NCBI RefSeq assembly: GCF_009914755.1
Contig: NC_060932.1
Reading direction: 5' to 3' (one strand)
DNA from: the human T2T-CHM13v2.0 reference genome, Homo sapiens
DNA: 64,000 nucleotides
Shown: piece by piece, positions 56,255 through 64,000 of the stretch
How the letters are laid out: each line of letters opens with the position of its first letter
Position numbering within the stretch: the first letter of the stretch is position 1
Program-made: the position numbers and the translations under genes
The notes under the pieces: generated by a model
Told to the model about the DNA's origin: nothing
Databases searched by the model: none
Seen by the model: the letters and a program-made list of their open reading frames with translations, nothing else

Positions 56255-56790
56255 AGGGCTGGCTATGGTACATATTTTCCAAAGATCATCATAATTGATT
56301 TCTCCTTGACTGGTGTGCACATTTCACTCCTCCATCAAAATGTGGAATTTCATTTCCCCTCTCCTTCTAACTTGGCTGGTTCTATGGCTCTTTTGACCAG
56401 TATAATGTGGCTTTTGACCAGTAGAATCTATTACTCCTGAGTCCAAGCCTTAAACTTCCATTTCACTCTTCTTATAGCCCAGCAACTTTATTATGGAGGC
56501 TCAAGCCACATAAAGAGGCCACAAGGAGAAAAACTGAGGTGTTCTATTTGATAGTCTCAGCTAGGATCCCAACCAATAGACAGTACTAACTGCCAGCCAT
56601 GTGGGTGAGCCATCTTGGATGTTCCAGCCTAGTTGAGCACTAAGATAACTCAGCCACTGCCAACATTACAGGAAGAAACTTCCAGCTGAGCCCAGTCAAC
56701 CTAAAGAATTATGGAATATAATAAAGGATTCTTGTTTTAAGCTACTAGGTATCGGGGTAGTTTGTGATGCAGCAATAGATACCTGAAACA
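56255..56790 (+). mobile_element. MLT1H-like MaLR LTR
   Basis: ccagccatgtgggtgagccatcttggatgttccagcc and terminal tttgtgatgcagcaatagatacctgaaaca. Confidence 0.75.
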
Positions 56791-57839
56791 AACCACGATG
56801 CCTAGAACAGTTCGTGGCACTTAGTAGATGCACAGAAATTAGCTGATAATGAATAAATGAATGACAGTAGTAAGTATATTTGATTTATTTCTAAGTAAAG
56901 GCTTCCAATGACCCTGTCACCCTAGCCACAGCTCATTAGGCCAGTCATGAACGACTGCCGTTATTGCAACTTCTGCAATGTCCAAGGAGAAGAGCTTAAC
57001 CCAACATAGCCAATTGTGACAACTAAAGCAATCAGATCCTCTGTTGAAGAGTCATAATGTGAAATACACAAAAGAAGTCAGCAGTTTGTAGTAGGATGAA
57101 AAGCTGCAATTCTTGTACATGTGAGCAAAACCTTGAAGCCATAGAGGTCGGGAATCAATACAGGTCCTAAGGCAATGGGATCTATGAAGCAATGAAAGCA
57201 TAAGACACATTTCTGAGATAGGAGGAAGAGTAAAGTATAGGCAATTGGTAACCTAGAGAAGTGGTAGAGATTACAGAGAGTAGCTGAGACACCATAACCG
57301 CAAAGCAGTAGAGTAGAAAGTAACAGATTTTGCTTCTTAGAGGAAAACCAAATAGGTCAGTTGCTAAAACCTAAATTATATTCTAAAGGATCAATTCCTC
57401 TTCTTCCAAAAGCCCTAGGCATGCAACTACTCTGTCTTTATTACTTCCATATGGAGTCATAAAATATAACCTTATCACATGAGGAAACCTATGCATATCA
57501 TGGTTCTTTATAACTTGAAAGGATCTTTCCCAGGTGTTCTATATATGTTTGCTAAACTGAACTGGATGAATAAATGTTTTTCTGGGAAGCTATGGGATAC
57601 GAAGAAATTTTTTTGAAATCCCATCTGCATGATGACACTCAATTTATGCTTTGTAATAATCAGTATTATACTATATTGTGCTGTGGTGACAAATACTCTC
57701 TCTCATCTCAGTGGCTTATGTCTCTCACAAAATCTGCTCCAGGTCTGGGTAATCATAGGGCAGCTACCCTCCATGATGGCTCAATATCTCCATATCAACT
57801 TGTACTTTCATGATAGCTGAAGCACTGCATAGCAGACAC

Positions 57840-58272
57840 TGTTGAGGCCACACCCTCAGTGACATTCACTTTAACCTGCCAGTGGCCGCTTTCTTCAAAC
57901 ACCTATGACTCTTTGCTCTAATAAGTGGTTGTCTAGCTCCAAGAGCATGCTTACAGGGAAAACTGGAAGTGCTAGAGAATTATTATGCCCAGAAGCAGCT
58001 CTCAGCCAGCAACAGATAGGGAATCGGTGGATAAGTACCTGAGCCTCAATTGGAATAATTCTGCAGCAAGTTCTACCCTGACTCCAAGAGTTCCCCCGTA
58101 GTGTTGAAATCCAGTTGCCAATAGCAATTTCTGGCTTCATAAGGCACCCTTTGCTGGCTTCCTTTCCTTGCTTGTCTTACTTCCCTGTTCCCTTACTGGT
58201 GTTTCTTCCCAAACTATTTGCACTCAAATCCTTGCCTCAGGGTCAGCCTATGGAGGTACCAAACCAAGACAT
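57840..58272 (+). mobile_element. LTR16-like ERVL LTR nested in an older MLT1 relic
   Basis: aaactatttgcactcaaatccttgcctcagggtcagc...aaaccaagaca terminus. Confidence 0.6.
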
Positions 58273-59082
58273 GGGAGAAGGAAGCCCTAGAAAATTGCAC
58301 CAACTATTAAGAAGCTACCATCCAGAAGTGACACTTCTGCTTACCTATCTTTGGCCAAAACAAGTCATCTGACCATGCCTAACTGTAGGTGGGTGGGAAA
58401 GGCCACTCCTTCCTAGTATCTTCCAGAAGTAGGAGGGGCCAGTGATAGGTGAACCAGAGTTACTCTGCCACATACTTTTTGCAAGGTAGAGAGAACGTTC
58501 GAAAGGAGTTAGAACTTCTGTCTCATGACTTAGTTTCCTCAACTGACCTGACACTCTGAGAAGGAGGGTGAGGCTGTTTTTAACCCCTGGAGGGCTTACT
58601 TCCCCTTCTTAAAGAGAGCCCAAGCACATTTATTTTAGAACACAGGAAAGCAAGCTGAGAGGGCAGTTAAAAGAGAGACAATAGGTAGTAAAACAAGAAC
58701 TTAACAAAGGTCTGGGCAGCATGCCCATAGCCATGACAGTATGTCCCTTTGGTTAAAGGCACAAGTGTAAATGTTGTCACCGTTCCATCCTGGCGAAAGA
58801 CAGAGAGTGTCTTTTAACATCCACAATTATTTATTTTTTGAACATACTAAATAGTTTTGTGCCTGGCACAAGATTAAAACCTGGAGATGCAGAGATAAAA
58901 ACCCAGTTCCCAGGGAATACACTCTTCTGCCTGAGAAAGGAGAGTAAACAACATCCAAACAGAAGATACGATAGATCTGAAAGTGTGGAAGTTTTAAGAA
59001 AAAATGTGTTGTAAATACTCTAAATTGCACTCCTTTTCTTTCCTTCCCTTTATGGCAAAACTTCTTGAATGCATTGTTTAAG

Positions 59083-59612
59083 TGTATTAGTTTTCTATTG
59101 CTGCTATAAAAAAATTACCATAAACACAATGACTTAAAACAATACAAATTTATCATTTTTTAGTTCTGTAGGTCAGAAGTCCAGCATGGGTCCCACTGAG
59201 TTAAAATCAGGGTGTTAGCAGGGCTGCGTTTTTGTTTGTTTGTTTGTTTGTTTGTTTGTTTGTTTGTTTTCTGGAGGCTCTAGGGGAGAATCTATTTCCT
59301 TGTCTTTTCCAAACTCGAAAGGCTACCCACATTCCTTGGTTCATGGCCCTCTCCTCCATCTTCAAAGCTAGTAATATTACAACTTTTTGAATATTCTTCT
59401 GTCATCGTTTTTCTCTCCAAACAGACTGAAAAGGTTCTCTGCTTTTAAACATGTATGTGATTAGATTCGGCCCATCCAGATAACCCAGGATCATTTCCCC
59501 TGTGCCCTAAATCACATCAACAAAGTCCCTTTTGTTATATAAGCTAACCTATTCACAGCTTCTGGGGTCTAGTGTGTGGATATCTTTGGGTGGCCATTGT
59601 TTTTCCTACCAG
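59083..59612 (-). mobile_element. MLT1D/E-like MaLR LTR containing (TTTG)n at 59229-59269
   Basis: tgtattagttttctattgctgctataa..aaattacca...gttctgtaggtcagaagtcc...ctttgggtggccatt..cctacca. Confidence 0.8.
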
Positions 59613-60961
59613 AATACACTAAACATTTTAAAAACACACCTTACTTACCACATTTAAGGAGAGAATACATGCACAAAGTCAACATTCAGAGTGTAAAGAT
59701 GAACAATTCACAGACTTGGATTTACAGACAATGTGTCACCAGATGGAAGAAAGAACATTTTTGCTTGCAATTAAGGAAATGCACATTTAAAGCAACTTTA
59801 ATGCCATTTTATACCTTATACACTAGCAAAAATAAATAATAATCTTAATAATCCAATGTGGCTTGATTAATACATTCCCTGAATGTGGCTTCAGGGAAAC
59901 ATATTGTTGATGATGCTGTAAATTGTTTTAATCTTTCTAAAAAGCAATTTGGCAATAAGTAACAAGTTGCTCATGTCTTTTTTCCAAATAATTCATCTTT
60001 AGAGATATTGACCTAACTAAATGACCTCAAAGAGAAAACTTTAGAAGCCATTGGTCTAAACAAGCCTTCACAGTCACATTATTTATAAGAGAAAGAAACT
60101 GGAAATAACCCAAATGTCCAAAAATAGAGCTACAGATGAGCAAACTGTGACATATTTACATGATGGATTGCTCTATAATCATTAAAAAGACAAGTTTATG
60201 GATTATGTTGACTCAAGATTATGTGGGCTTGAAATATTATTCATAAAAGGGCAGAGTACAAAATAGTAAGTGCATAGCTATTTCAACTATACAAAAATAT
60301 AGTCTGTAAATTATAGTTAATAATAAATAGGGATGAAATAATTTAATATTTAGTATGTTTTAAAACTAAGTGCTCATATTCTAGTTTAAAAGGATGACGT
60401 GGATATTGTGGTGAATTACTAGACAAAAGTTATTTAAAGGAAGTTAGACCATACACATTTATGTATATGGACTATACCTATGAAGAAACATTGACAGGGA
60501 CCTATAATGTATTCAGCCCTACTTACATGGTTCATAGCAAGTAGAAAAGAAGAGTGAGATATAGGGCCCTTGGGCATGATAAACATTCAAGAAACAAAAA
60601 GGGCACAAAAGATGACAATATAGACATTTTTTTGGTTCAATTCTATGGAAAAGACAAAATCTAAAGGGTTTTTAAATTGAGTTTTCAGAAACTCTAAATT
60701 TTACAAATACTAGAGTTCTCTGAGACATTCAGTGAATGGAATTAGGCTTTAGGTAATGATTAGGAATCACTGACATTTAACTATTTTATTTTTGTAAAAA
60801 TGCTTATTTTTAACTACTGTTTTTATTTGACAATGCTCTTTTAAAATTATTGGACACCATGGAATAGAACAAAGAAGAAAGTAAAGGACATCTCCTAAAA
60901 CTCAATCCCAGTCCCAAGAAATAATCCCTGTTAATATTTTATAAATGTCATTTTAGCCAGG

Positions 60962-61370
60962 CTCATTTAGTCAGGTTCAACCAGAGACACAGAACTGGTA
61001 GGAGATATATAGCAATAGATTTTATTGCAGGGAAATGGTTTACATAACTGTAGCAGCTGGCTAGATAAGCCGGAGATCCACAGGACAGGCCATCTAGAAG
61101 AGCAGAGCAGAACTCTAGGGCACAGGCAGAAGCAGCTGAACACGGGCAGAATTTCTTCTTTTTCAGGGAAACCTCAGCTCTGCTCTTAAAGGCCTTTCAG
61201 TAGAATCAGACCCACCCAGGTTACCTAGGAAAATCTCACTAACTTAAAGCTAACTGACTATGAATTTTAATCATATCTAAAGAAATACCTTCACAGCAAT
61301 ACCTAGATGAGTGTTTGATTAACCGGGAAGTCTAGCCAAGTGCAGTTGACATGTCAGAAAGATCATCTCA
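60962..61370 (-). mobile_element. MLT2-family (ERVL) 3' LTR
   Basis: ttagtcaggttcaaccagagacacagaac...ctagccaag...ttgacat. Abuts ERVL internal sequence through a polypurine-tract-like end (cccttgtcaacttgg). Confidence 0.75.
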
Positions 61371-61745
61371 GTGCATCCCTTGTCAACTTGGCCCCCATAC
61401 ACATCTCCTCAAACCATGTTTAATCTCCAGATAGGGACAATAACAAAGTCATGCTCTGCTCCACATGATACAACTGTCTTTTGTACAACCAAAATCAAGC
61501 TAATCTTTTCCCCAAAAAAGGATGCAAAGTCCTCAGGCGATGTTCACTCCTCTATTTTGATAGCCTGTAACTTAAATACTGTGATACAAAGGTAACCATT
61601 ACTAATACATCTTATGTGAGATGATAAGGGTATAATAATGAGAAGAAAACAAAAAAATATTGTTTTTATATATATATACATATATATGTGTATATATATG
61701 TATATATATGTGTGTATATATATGTATGTGTGTGTGTGTATATAC

Positions 61746-61776
<31 letters not shown>

Positions 61777-62568
61777 TACATATTCATAAAAAATAAGTAA
61801 GAAATACTCGTAACAACCACAGTCCTCATTTCTGCAACTGGTTACCTGGTCATAGTATTTATGACTGCATTCTTCCACTGCCCATTCCATATTCCTTTTG
61901 CCCTTAGCAAGCACCTGAGCTGGCTGTAGTTCTTTACCTGGTAGTGTGACCCAAGCCTTCATTCCTAAAGGATCTGAGACATTAGTAGTCCTGCCTGAAT
62001 TGTGTTGTTGTAGTTTTCCATTGACTTCTAGTAATCACAAGGCACAGTAGTACTAAGAGGCATTCTAAGGAGTCTTCTGTATTCTAGACAAACTCTTCCT
62101 TACCTCCACTGTGTGCCCAATCACCCCAGCCAGTACAATAACTGTTTGCCTGTGGATTCATAGCCATGAGGAGCACAAAGTGACTGGGCGGCAGTCTCAA
62201 CTTCCAGGTCCATGGATCATTGTTGTATCTCTTGGAAGAAGTATTTTTTCCTTTGAAACTAAAACCAATATAGATCATCAAAGCCTAAGTGCATGGGGAC
62301 AGAAAACAAAAACTTTGCTAGTGGATCACCGACCATGCCCATTTTTACCCTTTGACTCCTGAACTCATGAATTCTGGCTATGAGAGCAACACCACCACAG
62401 ATTAGATGTTGATTCAGAGCATATACAACAACCTGGAGGACACTATCCCCACCCTGCAAGGTATTGCCACTAGCTGGCTGTAATTGAGTCTTCAAAGGGC
62501 CATTCCATGATCTTATCAAGCCAACTGCTTCAGGTTGGTAGAAAACATGGAAGCCAAATGATGGCACT
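61371..62568 (-). mobile_element. ERVL internal remnant (integrase C-terminal part and dUTPase region)
   Basis: Degenerate peptides PEAVGLIRSWNGPLKTQL...VYALNQH...IARIH (integrase) and WKLRLPPSHFVLLM (dUTPase-like) in the ORF track. Confidence 0.8.
61667..61782. repeat. Compound (TA)n/(TG)n/(CA)n microsatellite
   Basis: Directly visible. Confidence 0.93.
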
Positions 62569-62694
62569 TAATTGCTAAAAGCAAGGTAGACATGGTTACC
62601 ATACTGGATAATGGAGTCAAAAAAGTAATCAGAATAGTATGACTCACAGAGACCTGTGACTTTGGATAGTTGCTCATGGTGTCCTATGTGGCAG

Positions 62695-62885
62695 ATGAGT
62701 GGTTGCCAGAGGCTGAGGGAGACTGAGGAAATAACTGCTAATGGTACAAGGTTTCCTTTGGGGAGTGAGGAAATGTCCCGGAATGATATAGTGGTAATAG
62801 TTGCAAACCTTTATGAATATACTAAAAGCTATTGAATCGTATACTTTAAAAGGGTGGATTTTATTGTATGGAATTAATGGTATGT
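62695..62885 (+). mobile_element. L1MB-type 3'UTR fragment
   Basis: gtggttgccagaggctg...actgctaatggtacaaggtttcctttgggg...actaaaagctattgaatcgtatactttaaaagggtg. Confidence 0.75.
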
Positions 62886-64000
62886 GATAAATAATTTACA
62901 ATGTTTCTACTTTTTAAAAATGCATGTAATATGTATTCATGTAGAAAAACAAGAAAGTACATACATACAACAATGAGGAAAATAAAATCACTTAAAATTC
63001 AAAAAAGGTGAAAAGAAAAGTAAAATACGATTTCAACTTTCACAGCACTCATCTTTTGGCACTTTATATCTACAGACTAAGAGCAATATGACATATAAAG
63101 TGCTATTAAAACTATGACCTGCATATGACAAGAATGAAATACTTCTAGACTATCTTTCCCAAGATATGCACAGATGTGACTATCTGCCTGCAAGCCTTAC
63201 ACCCTCACAAGCATTCATTATAATTAATGGAGAAGATTTCAACAGGGGCTCTGTCTCAAAAAGAAAAGAAGACCCACCCTCTGGTACTGGCCCATGCCTA
63301 GGTGAGCTCTCGAAGTGGTTGCTGAACTGTAGGTGATCTGGCAGTGAAGATTGAGCCAAACAATATTAAGGAATCTAACTCAAGTAGAATGATTTTGCTA
63401 AGAGTTTTTGCTTTCTGTAAATTTTCTTGCTTAAAGTACAGTGTTTAGCTATCCCCCTTATATGTGTTGGTTGCTCCTACACATGCTCTTCAGTCTCTGG
63501 GGGAATTCCAAAGAACAAAGTGTGGAGCTTGAAAGAACTCTCCACCTTCTAGGTATTTACAACACATCAAGGCCCACCTAGCAGCTCCTATGGTTGAAGG
63601 AACTTCATCAAGACCTGTCAAGTACGTCATTTTCTAAGAAATCTACCAACGTCTTTCATGGAACGGGCCATGTCCAGTGCTAGGTCACCTTGGTCTTTCT
63701 CCAGTATCAAAATGGGACATTCTGGAGCTTCAGAGCCTTTTGTCTCCAGAGAAGCTGAGAAATGATCACTTTCTCTGTTCATGCTCAGTGACCTCCCCTT
63801 CTATTTCTTCAGCCAGCTAGCACTACCCTGTCTGTGGGAGGCAGCTGGAAGGAGTGCTTTGGAGATAGCCTGTCTAATTACTTAATGGTACATTTCAATC
63901 AAGGATGTTGTGATCACAATTTTGTTTTTTGATACACCCCTCTTTCACTTTTGTGGTTTCAATAACATGATACAAGAGCCTGTCCCTTCCCCTGTTCCTT

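Overview
Primate genomic DNA, most likely human or great ape (AluY/AluS/AluJ, L1PA, MIR, L2, MaLR/ERVL and hAT relics). I found no intact host protein-coding exon, and almost all ORFs in the track are repeat-derived or GC-rich noise. A CpG island at ~19.2-20.4 kb looks like the promoter and first exon of a minus-strand gene that I cannot name, with a strong GCG|GTGAGT donor at 20106/20105. Bases 1-19.2 kb would then be intronic and 20.5-64 kb upstream, repeat-dense sequence. Main landmarks: (1) a full-length but inactivated L1PA3-like LINE-1 (28620-34795) nested in an MLT2A LTR that is itself inside an older L1MB; (2) a processed pseudogene of ATP5MJ/MP68 (50381-50760); (3) an ERVL remnant at ~61-62.7 kb. 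I do not see a new multi-gene system. The least explained structures are a ~256-bp, ~96%-identical non-Alu inverted repeat (5652-7002), two tail-less insertions flanked by direct repeats (6251-6439 and 7679-7789), a perfect 18-bp inverted repeat bracketing the first splice donor, a GGGGCC-type repeat in intron 1, and an extended open L1 ORF0 pointing toward the gene. Repeat family names are from recognition without a search, and boundaries of old repeats are approximate.
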